Below are positions 46,767-56,122 of a stretch of DNA of 64,000 bases, one piece after another. The stretch is from Candidatus Peribacteraceae bacterium (GTDB lineage Bacteria > Patescibacteriota > Gracilibacteria > Peribacterales > Peribacteraceae). Positions within the stretch are counted from its first letter, which is position 1. Each line of letters begins with the position of its first letter. The DNA is taken from the NCBI GenBank assembly GCA_028699155.1, contig JAQVVD010000004.1, positions 3,924 through 67,923 of the forward strand, read 5' to 3'. The notes under the pieces were generated by a model, which had not been told where the DNA came from, did not search any database, and saw nothing but the letters and a program-made list of their open reading frames with translations. A program made the position numbers and the translations under genes.

Positions 46767-48149
46767 TCATTCCTTCGCGCAGAAATGGGCAGGGAACGCA
46801 TCCCCGAGCAGCCTCCATAAAATATCGCGCACCGTGGCGACGCTGCTGATCGACGCCCGCTCATACATGGAGTGCGCGCCGCTGCCTCTGTAGGGAAGAT
46901 CGAACACGACTGTCGGCTCACGGAGGCCCAAATCACCGTAGTGCTCCCTGAAGAATCCATGGAATAAATTGGAATCCGCATTGGAACTCCCCCCCACGAT
47001 GAGCGGGTCATTATCGGGATGGGCCACTTCTCTGGCCACAGATTTCGTGCGTTCGATCACCGGATGCGACGGGTCCGTAAAGAACGGCAGATAACTGGTG
47101 TGCTCGTCATCCTTCCACAGGCGCAGCTGCACTTGATTTCTCTGCCAGCCGATGGCAGTGAATGTGCGCTGGAGAAGCCGGCGTTGGCGCAGAATCTCCT
47201 GGTTGATTGCTCCCGCAACGCCAAACGGCGCTTCCGGATCTTCCTTGCCAGGCACGAGGAGCACCGTGTACGCAAACTCTCCGCGCGAAGGCGGCGATGC
47301 CTCCTCGCGCCCATCCGCGGATACAGCCGTATCGATTGCCTCTTCTCTCCCCAGAATCACATGTTCCCGCATATGCTCGGTAGAACTCAGGAATCTATCC
47401 AACTGCCCCAGGCAACGAATGGCATTGGGAGACCCGACGGCAGAATGCCCCTGCGCTCCTTCTGTGATTCTGATATCCCCCCCGACTTTCAGAGCGCCTC
47501 TCCGACCCACTACTATGCGTTGGCGCATATCTCTGTCTACCGCGGTACGCGGCTCGACCTCGGGCGAAAGACACACATGGTATCCCCTGCGCTGTTCAAG
47601 AATCCATTCGGCCAAACGTTGCTGGCCGCCGGAACACCTCTCTTCGTCCGGGAGGAACGCAATGTCCACATGCATGCCCGGCGGCGGCGGGAAGTATCTG
47701 CCGATATCCATGGCAAGCATGACGCCCGCTTTCATGTCATACGCACCTGATCCAAGCAAATCATCGCCTTCGATGCGCGGCGTATAACGGTCCGGCCACG
47801 GGTCTGTCCATTTCCCGCGATCTTTTCGCGAAGGGAACAACGTACTGGACTGATTCCGTTCCTCGGTCTCTGTCCCGTACACCGTATCGATATGGCTGTG
47901 GAGCAGCACGGAACACCGGGCTTGCTCGATGGGACAGCCCAACTCTGCGACCAACGTCGGGCATCCTCCTGTCTCCAGTTCATGCAGTGTGATTCCTTTC
48001 CGTTCGATCCGATTGCGGATATAGCGTATGATTTCCTGTTGCCCTTCAGAATCAACGGAAGGAATTCGTAGAAGTTCCAGCACTGTTTCCTGCTGCCAAT
48101 CTGTGAGCGTCCTCTGCATTTCTGCTGCCATAAGCAGTATACCGTACAA
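46767..48149 (-). CDS. M20 family metallopeptidase (ArgE/DapE/ACY1-like)
   Basis: LHSHIDTVY, GSGAYDMKAG and LPDEERCSGG metal-ligand motifs in the canonical order. Confidence 0.85.
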   Translation of the reverse strand: MYGILLMAAEMQRTLTDWQQETVLELLRIPSVDSEGQQEIIRYIRNRIERKGITLHELETGGCPTLVAELGCPIEQARCSVLLHSHIDTVYGTETEERNQSSTLFPSRKDRGKWTDPWPDRYTPRIEGDDLLGSGAYDMKAGVMLAMDIGRYFPPPPGMHVDIAFLPDEERCSGGQQRLAEWILEQRRGYHVCLSPEVEPRTAVDRDMRQRIVVGRRGALKVGGDIRITEGAQGHSAVGSPNAIRCLGQLDRFLSSTEHMREHVILGREEAIDTAVSADGREEASPPSRGEFAYTVLLVPGKEDPEAPFGVAGAINQEILRQRRLLQRTFTAIGWQRNQVQLRLWKDDEHTSYLPFFTDPSHPVIERTKSVAREVAHPDNDPLIVGGSSNADSNLFHGFFREHYGDLGLREPTVVFDLPYRGSGAHSMYERASISSVATVRDILWRLLGDAFPAHFCAKE

Positions 48150-48263
48150 CTATTGTTAGATTGATGCAACTATCCAGGAACGGTTCCCGCAACCAACGCT
48201 TTCCCCGCGAATAGGAGACTTCCCATTGGCGAGTAGTCAGCTCTCCGACTACACTACTGCGCA

Positions 48264-51200
48264 GTGTTCGATCCGGTAGATCCCAAACAGGCATTGCCAA
48301 AAATGGAGCTCGGCATCCTCCAGTACTGGAAGGAGGAAGATATCTTCCAGCGCAGCATCAAGCAGCGGTCTTCCGTACAGGGTCGCGCCTGGCACGATGC
48401 GAAATCAGCCAGTCCGGAGGATACGTTCTCCTTCTACGACGGTCCGCCGTTCGCCACGGGGCTCCCACACTACGGGCATCTGCTGGCCGGAACGATCAAG
48501 GATGTGATCCCGCGCTACCAGACGATGTGCGGCAAAGTGGTGCAGCGTCGGTTCGGCTGGGATTGCCACGGCCTGCCCGTGGAGAACCTGATTGAGAAGG
48601 AACACGGCATAGAGGGGCGTAAGCAGATTGAGGAGATGGGCGTGGGCAAATTCAACGAACTCTGCTGCAGCTCCGTACAACGCTTCACGAAAGAGTGGCA
48701 GGAAGTTGTGGAGCGTATGGGGCGCTGGGTGGATATGAACTGGGACTACCGCACCATGGACCCTGACTACATGGAAAGCATCTGGTGGGTCTTCAAGCAG
48801 CTCTACGATAAGGGATTGGTCTACGAAGGGCACAAGCCCATGCACATCTGCCCCCGCTGCGTGACTCCCCTCTCCAACTTCGAGGTGACGCAGGGCTACA
48901 AGGAAATCACCGATACGTCGGTGACGGTGAAATTTGAATTAGTAGATGAACCGGGCACATTCGTACTGGCATGGACGACAACGCCATGGACACTGCCGGG
49001 GAACCTGTTTCTTGCTGTCGGTCCAAAGATCCAGTACGCCAAAGTTGCATTTGAGGGGAACCACTACATCCTTGCAAAGTCAGCTGTTGAAAAAATATTC
49101 AAAGGGAAGGAATACAAAGTGCAAGGAAACATGGCAGCAAATACGCTCGCCGGAAAACACTTTAAGCCCTTGTTCCCGTACTTCGTTGAGACCTACAAGA
49201 AAGAGAAAAATACATTCCGAATCGTTACTGCAGATTTCGTTGCAACGGATGAAGGCACCGGCATCGTTCACATTGCTCCGGGATTCGGCGAGGATGACTT
49301 TCGCATCGGCGAACGCGAGAAGGTGGATGTCCTGCAGCACGTCACGATGGATGGCAAATTCGTGCCGGAGGTGACGGACTTTGCGGGAATGGATGTGAAG
49401 CCGATTGATGATCCGGGCAAGACCGACCGCAAGGTGGTCGAGTGGCTGGAGAAACACGGGCTCCTCTTTTCCAAAGAGCCCTACCGCCACAGCTATCCGC
49501 ACTGTTGGCGGTGTGACAGCCCGCTGCTCAACTACGCCACCAGCTCATGGTTCGTGAGTATCGAGAAGATCAAGGAGAAGCTCCTGAGCAACAATGCCAA
49601 GACGGAGTGGATCCCGGCGCATCTGCGCGACGGCCGATTCGGCAAGTGGCTGGAGGGTGCGCGCGACTGGGCGATCAGCCGCAACCGCTACTGGGGTACG
49701 CCGCTGCCAATCTGGCGCAATGAAGAAACCGGAGACGTGGAAGTGCTTGGGAGCCGCGATGATTTAATGGCACACGCGCCGGAGCGGTTCACCAAGGTGA
49801 CAATCGTTCGCCACGGCGAGAGCGAGGGAAACTTAACCCCTATCTACCAGGCGATTGAGCCCGGAACCAACCTGACAAAGCAGGGGAAGGAGCAGGCGAA
49901 GGCAACGGCGAAACTGCTCGCAGGCAGAGATCAGAAGTCAAAAATCAGAAGTCAGGTTCCTGTGGACATCATCTACTGCTCCCCGCTCGCACGCACGCAG
50001 CAGACTGCGCAGACCATCGCGAAGGAAACGGGAGCGGAGATCATTGTGGATGACCGCCTGCGCGAGGTGAACTTCGGGGAGTATGAGGGCAAGACCGTGG
50101 ACTTTAACGACCTCGCATTCGTGAAAGCGCGTCGAGCCCATAAGCTGCAGGAAAAGAGCCCGGAGAGCATCTACCATTTTCCGGGCATGGAAACGTGGAA
50201 TGACGTGCAGAAACGCCTCTCGTCTTTCATGGTGGAAATGCTCCCCCGGCACCGCGGCAAGCATGTGGTTGTCGTGACGCACGCGGACGTGGTACAGAAT
50301 GCCAAGCACTTCTTCACCAGGGAGGACCCGCTCAAGATCTCGCACCAGCCGTACCCGAGCTACGCGGAACCGCGCGTGTTCTTCTGGGATCATGAACGCA
50401 ATGCCCAGATGGACCTGCACAAGGATACGGTGGATGGAATCCTTTGGAATGGGAGCGGAAGTACAAATGGTGTGGAGGCACTGTTTGTCCGCCATGGCGA
50501 AACCGACTGGAACAAGGAGAAGAAAATCCAGGGAAAGCAGGATACTTTGCTGAATAAGACAGGAAGGGAACAAGCTAGGAAACTTGCAAAGACACTCGCG
50601 AAAGAACACTTCGATGCCATCATTTCATCCGACCTTAAACGAGCTGCAGAAACTGCCGATATTCTCTCCGAAGAATTGGGTATGCCGGTTGATGCGCGTT
50701 GGGATGAACTCCGTGAACGAAGTTTCGGCGATTGGGAGGGTAAAAAACGCGACGAAATTGATGCGACCATCCCCGGACAGTTCGCGGTGCAAGATATGCA
50801 TTTCCCGAATGGGGAAACAATCAATGCATTCTTTTCGCGCATCCGCTTAGCACAACAGAAACTGCTCAAGGCGTATGCCGGTAAACGCGTACTCGTTGTC
50901 GCACATGGCGGCGTACTCAAAGCCATTGAGGTACTCAACGGATTGAAGTCCCTGGAAAAAGTACAGACAAGCTTCACAGAAAATACTGCATCTGTTCATG
51001 TCTCACTGCATCCCCCGTTCAAGCGCATCCCGGAAGTCCTGGATTGCTGGTTTGAGTCGGGTGCGATGCCCTACGCGCAATCGCACTTCCCATTCGACCA
51101 TGCGGGTGAAGAGCTGCCGCCCGGTTTCCCGGCGGACTTCATCGCGGAAGGAGTCGACCAGACCCGCGGATGGTTCTACACCCTCATGGTGCTCTCCTCC

Positions 51201-52628
51201 GCGCTGTTCAATGAACCTGCATTCAGGCACTGCGTCGTAAATGGCATCGTGCTGGCAGAGGACGGTAAGAAGATGAGCAAGCGCCTCAAAAACTACCCGG
51301 AACCCACGGAGATCGTGGAGAAGTACGGCGCAGATGCGATTCGGTTCACGCTGATGAGCTCACCCGCGGTGCGCGGAGAAGACCTGCGCATGAGCGAGAA
51401 ACTGGTCGCGGAGAGCCTCCGCAACGTCCTGCTGCCCCTGTGGAACACCTACAGCTTCTTCGTGACGTACGCGAATGCGGCAACATTCGAGCCGGTTGCT
51501 ACGCGCAAGGCATCCGCACATCCGCTGGACCGGTGGATCCTCGCGGAAGTGCAGGATCTGGTGAACCGGATGACGGAGCAGCTCGACCGGTACGAACTCT
51601 CCGCGACGTGCGCCGAGCTGCACGACACGATCGATGCGCTTACCAACTGGTACGTGCGCCTCTCCCGCCGCCGCTTTGCGGGGAAGACCGCACTGGAAGA
51701 AGGTGAGAGCGCAAGCGCGATCCAGCAGATTGACGGAGCGGAAGAGGACCGCCTGGATGCGCTGCGTACGCTGTACGATGTCCTCATCAGCCTCACGCAG
51801 CTGCTCGCACCGTTCTGCCCGTTCATCACGGATGCGATCTATCTGAACCTCGTGCCGGAGGAGCACGTTTCCGTGCACCTCACGGACTGGCCGGAGGCGA
51901 GAGCGCTCAGGAAGGAAGAGCTTGCGCTTCTTCAGAAGACGCGGCTCCTCAGGACGATCGTCTCGCTCGGTCTCTCCATCCGCAGCGAGCAGAAGATCAA
52001 GGCGCGCCAGCCGCTCGCATCCGCCACCGTCGCCGTGCCTCCGGCACTGGCGAAAAATGCGGCGCTCTCCGATGAGGATGTGCAGCTGCTCAGGAACGAA
52101 CTGAATGTGAAACACCTGACGTTCACGGAAGACCCCGGTTCCCTCGCCACCGCAGTGGCGCTGGTGGACGCGCGCAAAGCCGGCCCGCGGCTGGGCGCGC
52201 GGGTGCAGGAAGTGATCAAAGCCGGAAAGGCAGGAGAGTTCACACAGCAGGAAGACGGCTCCGTCCTCGTCCTTGATGAAGTGTTCTCCCCCGATGAAGT
52301 ACAGATCGTGTATCGCGGCGAGGAAGGCAGAAATGCCGCTGCGAACCACGGCATCGTCGTGAGCATAGAGACAACGCTCACCGAGGACCTGAGACTGGAA
52401 GGGCTCGCGCGCGATGTGATTCGCGCGGTACAGCGCCTGCGCAAGGAAGCCGGACTGGAATTCACCGACACGATCACGCTGGCAATCGATGGCGCAGAGG
52501 AGCTGATGCAGACGCACGGCGATCTTATTGCCCATGAAACGCGCGCCCGATTGGGAGAGAATTCCGGCGGGAAGCACACTGTGGATTTAGAAGGACAGGC
52601 AGTGACAGTGCGGTTTGAGAAAAAATAG
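48264..52628 (+). CDS. ileS: isoleucine--tRNA ligase (type 2) with two inserted histidine-phosphatase (PGAM-like) domains
   Basis: 1454 aa with a GTG start. HIGH motif (PHYGHLLAG), editing CP1 (TTPWTLPGN, GTGIVHIAPGFGEDD), KMSKR at aa 1002-1006, and a type-2 C-terminus. aa 511-705 and 737-915 carry RHG...H phosphatase motifs. Confidence 0.9.
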   Translation: MFDPVDPKQALPKMELGILQYWKEEDIFQRSIKQRSSVQGRAWHDAKSASPEDTFSFYDGPPFATGLPHYGHLLAGTIKDVIPRYQTMCGKVVQRRFGWDCHGLPVENLIEKEHGIEGRKQIEEMGVGKFNELCCSSVQRFTKEWQEVVERMGRWVDMNWDYRTMDPDYMESIWWVFKQLYDKGLVYEGHKPMHICPRCVTPLSNFEVTQGYKEITDTSVTVKFELVDEPGTFVLAWTTTPWTLPGNLFLAVGPKIQYAKVAFEGNHYILAKSAVEKIFKGKEYKVQGNMAANTLAGKHFKPLFPYFVETYKKEKNTFRIVTADFVATDEGTGIVHIAPGFGEDDFRIGEREKVDVLQHVTMDGKFVPEVTDFAGMDVKPIDDPGKTDRKVVEWLEKHGLLFSKEPYRHSYPHCWRCDSPLLNYATSSWFVSIEKIKEKLLSNNAKTEWIPAHLRDGRFGKWLEGARDWAISRNRYWGTPLPIWRNEETGDVEVLGSRDDLMAHAPERFTKVTIVRHGESEGNLTPIYQAIEPGTNLTKQGKEQAKATAKLLAGRDQKSKIRSQVPVDIIYCSPLARTQQTAQTIAKETGAEIIVDDRLREVNFGEYEGKTVDFNDLAFVKARRAHKLQEKSPESIYHFPGMETWNDVQKRLSSFMVEMLPRHRGKHVVVVTHADVVQNAKHFFTREDPLKISHQPYPSYAEPRVFFWDHERNAQMDLHKDTVDGILWNGSGSTNGVEALFVRHGETDWNKEKKIQGKQDTLLNKTGREQARKLAKTLAKEHFDAIISSDLKRAAETADILSEELGMPVDARWDELRERSFGDWEGKKRDEIDATIPGQFAVQDMHFPNGETINAFFSRIRLAQQKLLKAYAGKRVLVVAHGGVLKAIEVLNGLKSLEKVQTSFTENTASVHVSLHPPFKRIPEVLDCWFESGAMPYAQSHFPFDHAGEELPPGFPADFIAEGVDQTRGWFYTLMVLSSALFNEPAFRHCVVNGIVLAEDGKKMSKRLKNYPEPTEIVEKYGADAIRFTLMSSPAVRGEDLRMSEKLVAESLRNVLLPLWNTYSFFVTYANAATFEPVATRKASAHPLDRWILAEVQDLVNRMTEQLDRYELSATCAELHDTIDALTNWYVRLSRRRFAGKTALEEGESASAIQQIDGAEEDRLDALRTLYDVLISLTQLLAPFCPFITDAIYLNLVPEEHVSVHLTDWPEARALRKEELALLQKTRLLRTIVSLGLSIRSEQKIKARQPLASATVAVPPALAKNAALSDEDVQLLRNELNVKHLTFTEDPGSLATAVALVDARKAGPRLGARVQEVIKAGKAGEFTQQEDGSVLVLDEVFSPDEVQIVYRGEEGRNAAANHGIVVSIETTLTEDLRLEGLARDVIRAVQRLRKEAGLEFTDTITLAIDGAEELMQTHGDLIAHETRARLGENSGGKHTVDLEGQAVTVRFEKK

Positions 52629-52652
52629 AGGAATTGCTGCGAAGCCATGTAA

Positions 52653-52700
52653 CAATTTAACAATTTAACAATTTCGCAATGTAGCAATGTCACAATGCAC
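52653..52700 (+). repeat. six CAAT motifs at exact 8-bp spacing (aaCAATtt x3, then cgCAATgt, agCAATgt, caCAATgc), the last containing the ATG at 52695
   Basis: Read directly from the sequence. CAAT starts at 52653, 52661, 52669, 52677, 52685 and 52693. Confidence 0.85.
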
Positions 52701-53120
52701 CATGTTTCCAGTAGAGTACCCACGATGTCTTCCGACTCCCGCACGCCCCTCTGGCTCGTCATTCTCCTCAGGTTCCTCCTGAACGTGGCGCTGGTATGGC
52801 TGCTCACGGTGAAATTCAGCCAGTACTTCGTGCTCACGGGGGACTTCGGCTCCATCATCGTCATCGGATCGCTGCTGACACTGCTCAACCTCTTCGTGCG
52901 GCCGTTCCTGAATGCCGTCACGCTGCCGCTAAGGCTGTTTGCCACACTGCTCGCGCTCGTGATCGTGCACGGCGCTTTCCTCTTCATCACGCTGCGCATC
53001 ACGGGAATGATGGATCCGGAAGTGCTCACGTTCTCCATCGGCGGAGGCATCGCCGGCTGGATCGCAGTTGCCTTGGTGCTCGGCACAGGCAACTGGATCA
53101 TGAAACTAGCAGTCAATTAG
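52695..53120 (+). CDS. small 4-TM membrane protein (phage holin family IV / DUF360-like)
   Basis: 141 aa with a hydrophobic layout and segments (FVRPFLNAVTLPLRLFATLLALVIV) resembling YvlD/DUF360 proteins. An alternative start lies at 52725. Confidence 0.55.
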   Translation: MHHVSSRVPTMSSDSRTPLWLVILLRFLLNVALVWLLTVKFSQYFVLTGDFGSIIVIGSLLTLLNLFVRPFLNAVTLPLRLFATLLALVIVHGAFLFITLRITGMMDPEVLTFSIGGGIAGWIAVALVLGTGNWIMKLAVN

Positions 53121-53242
53121 AAGCCAGAGACCAGAAATAAGATAACAGAGGCCAGAGATCAGAGAACAGTAGATGCAAAATGTACTAATGCATGCATTGA
53201 ACACGCATACTGACCTCTGATCTCTGTTCTCTGATTTCTACT

Positions 53243-53476
53243 CTAGAACTCCCGTTCGATGAACTCATGCAGGATTTTGCTGATCCCCTTGATCGCGGCG
53301 ATCTTGGGCATGTGGTTGTAGGAGGAAACAATCTGGAACGTCTCATCGGACTTCTTGTAGCCGAAGACGATGAACCCCGGAACGCCGAGATTCTTGAGGA
53401 AGTCTTCGACTTTCTTCTGAATAGTGACGTCGCTTGGATCTGCCATAGGAAACGTGTGGAACAGGTAGGGATTCAT
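53243..53476 (-). CDS. hypothetical small protein
   Basis: 77 aa from ATG at 53476 (MNPYLFHTFPMADPSD...). No family recognised. Confidence 0.4.
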   Translation of the reverse strand: MNPYLFHTFPMADPSDVTIQKKVEDFLKNLGVPGFIVFGYKKSDETFQIVSSYNHMPKIAAIKGISKILHEFIEREF

Positions 53477-53510
53477 TCTACCCGAAGTGAATGGAATCTC
53501 CACGCAGATC

Positions 53511-53807
53511 TCACGTATCTGCTTCCTGCCATTGCTCCGAGAACAGCTTCGTGAGACGCGCACGGAACGGATCTATCGCCCCTTTGAGCACCCGCACATT
53601 CACCGGATCCTGCCGCACATCAATGGCGATGACGTCGGCATTGCTCGGATCATCTGTACGCTTCTTCCCCATGAATTCCGCCCTCCCCTGCGATTCGTAC
53701 GCATTGCCCGCAATGTCGCCATTTGCCCCCTGAATGTGGATCCATACATGGAACGGCGCATCGTCCATCATATCCCCACCATACGCCCGCATAGGCACTG
53801 CGCACAT
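53511..53807 (-). CDS. hypothetical small protein
   Basis: 98 aa on the same strand and tightly spaced with its neighbours. No family recognised. Confidence 0.4.
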   Translation of the reverse strand: MCAVPMRAYGGDMMDDAPFHVWIHIQGANGDIAGNAYESQGRAEFMGKKRTDDPSNADVIAIDVRQDPVNVRVLKGAIDPFRARLTKLFSEQWQEADT

Positions 53808-53826
53808 ACCAAGACACGGAGATTCT

Positions 53827-54096
53827 TCATGCTTTGACTACCAGCGTGCCTTCGTGCACCGGCTCGTTCACCTTCATGCCGATTGCCTGACCTTTCTTGG
53901 CGGCAATGACCGACTCATGATCCATCTGGAGCGACGAAACCTCCTGGCACAGCTCATGGTCTCCACGCTTGAAGCACACGGTTTCACCGACTTTGAGCGG
54001 CGCAGCCAGTTCTACAACCGCCACACCGATGTGATCGTAGTAGTGCGTCACTTTCCCGATGATTTTTTCCTTCTTGCCTGCTGCCGTTGGGGACAT
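53827..54096 (-). CDS. small EF-Tu-domain-2-like beta-barrel protein (translation elongation factor-like protein)
   Basis: 89 aa from ATG at 54096. IGKVTHYYDHIGVAVVELAAPLKVGETV...GQAIGMKV resembles the stand-alone EF-Tu domain II family. Confidence 0.55.
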   Translation of the reverse strand: MSPTAAGKKEKIIGKVTHYYDHIGVAVVELAAPLKVGETVCFKRGDHELCQEVSSLQMDHESVIAAKKGQAIGMKVNEPVHEGTLVVKA

Positions 54097-54286
54097 AGGG
54101 AGAAATGGGAAGGAAGTAAAGGCAACTTTGCATGTTACACTCCTCCCCATGCGTTGGAAATAGCATTGAGCAAACTGTTGCTTCGCGCCTGCCGTGCTAT
54201 CGCACGTACTTCCAGTTCACGATTGGGCAAACCCCTTCCTGCATAGAAACAATACAGTGCATTCCGCTGCCATTGACAGTGTGCCT

Positions 54287-55036
54287 CTAAGCCCGCGCAG
54301 CATACCGCCACGCCATCTCGAAGATCTGCCGCTGCGTCTCCGCGACCTCCCTGCTCTCGATGATCACACCGAACACGTCCTGTGGTCCTTTTCCGAAGGA
54401 AATGATGGCAACGCAGCTATCGTAGATGTTGATCTCGTTGTTGAAGTTGAATTCTCTGGCGGGGACCAGCCGTATCTCGCGCAGGCTCTGCCTATCCAGC
54501 CCCCGCACCCGCTTGCCCGCCGCGTCATTCGGAGCGATGCCGCGCAGATGGATGCCGCGCTTCACGCGCTGCGCCACGTACTCCTGATCATAATCGGGCC
54601 AGTTGGCCCGCACGATGGCGGAGTTGGCGAAGTTGAGGAGTTCGGTGCGCGCCGTGAGCGTGTGCTCGTACACGTGGCGCACCCCCTCCCACCCCTGGAA
54701 AAACCGCACGTTCGGTTTGCGATCCTCCGCGCTCTGCAGAGAGCGCAACTCCGGCAGTACCTGTTCCAGCGTTTCCGCATGCTTGCGCGCCTCCAGGCTC
54801 AGGTACTCCGGCGCGACCGGCGCGTACCACTTCGCCCTGCGCTTCTTCACCACTGTAAAAAGTCCGCGCTGCACCAGATCTTCCAGCACGGTGTACGCAG
54901 TGACGCGGTTCATCTGCGCCCTGCGCGCATACTCGGAAGCCGGTGCGGACCCAAGTGCCAAGCCGGAGAGGTAGAGCGCCGCTTCCTTGGGATTGAATCC
55001 GACGGACTGCAGGATGTGCTGGAGATCATGCTTCAT
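54287..55036 (-). CDS. TrmB family transcriptional regulator
   Basis: N-terminal winged HTH (LQSVGFNPKEAALYLSGLALGSAPASEYARRAQMNRVTAYTVLEDLVQRGL) plus a TrmB-type C-terminal domain. Confidence 0.85.
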   Translation of the reverse strand: MKHDLQHILQSVGFNPKEAALYLSGLALGSAPASEYARRAQMNRVTAYTVLEDLVQRGLFTVVKKRRAKWYAPVAPEYLSLEARKHAETLEQVLPELRSLQSAEDRKPNVRFFQGWEGVRHVYEHTLTARTELLNFANSAIVRANWPDYDQEYVAQRVKRGIHLRGIAPNDAAGKRVRGLDRQSLREIRLVPAREFNFNNEINIYDSCVAIISFGKGPQDVFGVIIESREVAETQRQIFEMAWRYAARA

Positions 55037-55248
55037 ACGCTCTTAAGAGGAAGTGACGCAGAAAATTCTGCCTGCATATTCATGAATTCTGCAAGTAGTT
55101 ATTTTTTGTAACAGTAATTTGCTCCATGTCATTCTCTCGAAAAGAGACTCTAGAGAAAACAATAACTTGTCGTTAGTTTTCTTAACTGTTACAGATGAGC
55201 GACAGCCATGCCTGTTGACTTGCACAGCGAAATAAGAAGAATGCTGCC

Positions 55249-55623
55249 ATGCCTGAATCCCCCGCCACAGAACATTCTGTCTTCACGATCCGCCTTGCCG
55301 GCCTGCAACGCCGCTGCTCCTTGGAAGATGCTGTACACCTGATCGGCGAGGCGAGCGGCATCGCACCCGAACGCAGAGATAGTGATGCCGATCGCGCACG
55401 CGCAGCTATTCGCGAGGAACTGCGGCACGTCATCTTCCGCAATACATTCACCGGCATAGAGGATGCGTGCCCGGAACCCCGGTTCTACACAGAACCTGTT
55501 CTCTGCTCCGTGCGCGGCGTTCTCTGCACAACAACAGAACATGAGAAGGCGTTCTCGAACGAAGCAGCAATAGAACCTGTTTCTGCCAGACAAACATTTG
55601 AGGCGGCATGCACCGCCGCGTAA
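55249..55623 (+). CDS. hypothetical protein
   Basis: 124 aa starting MPESPATEHS. No family recognised. Confidence 0.4.
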   Translation: MPESPATEHSVFTIRLAGLQRRCSLEDAVHLIGEASGIAPERRDSDADRARAAIREELRHVIFRNTFTGIEDACPEPRFYTEPVLCSVRGVLCTTTEHEKAFSNEAAIEPVSARQTFEAACTAA

Positions 55624-55643
55624 TTCTTTCCCCAACCCCTTCT

Positions 55644-55955
55644 ATGTCAGCCATCGAAACACCGCAGGAAACAATTCCCCGGTTCGAAGCGCCGGAAACG
55701 CCCGAAGAGACCACCGTACTCATCCGCATATTGGAAGGCAACGATGCCGCCTGGCAACAACTGATGCAGGTGAAGCATGAAGATCCCAGGCGGTATGAGG
55801 AGATTCAGGCACTCATGGCACGAGCGAAGGCAGAGGACGTCTCCGCAAAAGAGCAGCAGCAGGCTGCCGAGCGGGTGCTGCGCATCTCGGGAATGCTCCG
55901 GGAACAGGTGCGCAGAGGACCCTTTGGGAGGCTACGCGGCGCGGTAGGGCTGTAG
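55644..55955 (+). CDS. hypothetical protein
   Basis: 103 aa from ATG at 55644 (MSAIETPQETIPRF...). Helical and charged. Confidence 0.4.
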   Translation: MSAIETPQETIPRFEAPETPEETTVLIRILEGNDAAWQQLMQVKHEDPRRYEEIQALMARAKAEDVSAKEQQQAAERVLRISGMLREQVRRGPFGRLRGAVGL

Positions 55956-56108
55956 GAATTGCCATACAACGGACGCGTGCTCTACGAACCGACGGATGAG
56001 ACTGTCGCTCTGTATGCAAATACCCCGCACATCTTTCGGGAAAAATACAGGTGGGAACTGGCTGCATATCTCGTAAAGAAAAAACGGGCGTTGCATGGAA
56101 CAGCCTAG

Positions 56109-56114
56109 TATACT
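56109..56114 (+). promoter_or_regulatory. putative -10 box TATACT, 8 nt upstream of ATG at 56123
   Basis: The sequence is CTAGTATACTGCGTCGCTATG, with no SD. Confidence 0.3.
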
Positions 56115-56122
56115 GCGTCGCT

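Noticed and set aside
48150-48263. T-box leader upstream of ileS (and at 61214-61382 upstream of alaS)
   Set aside because: There is no T-box consensus (GGTGGTACCGCG-like) or specifier/terminator architecture by eye, and the leaders are short with TATACT-like boxes close to the starts.
49794-51008. Intein(s) inside ileS
   Set aside because: There is no Cys/Ser/Thr at the insert N-termini with a C-terminal HN plus nucleophile, and no homing endonuclease motifs. The inserts instead carry RHG...H histidine-phosphatase motifs, and the IleRS segment between them is retained.
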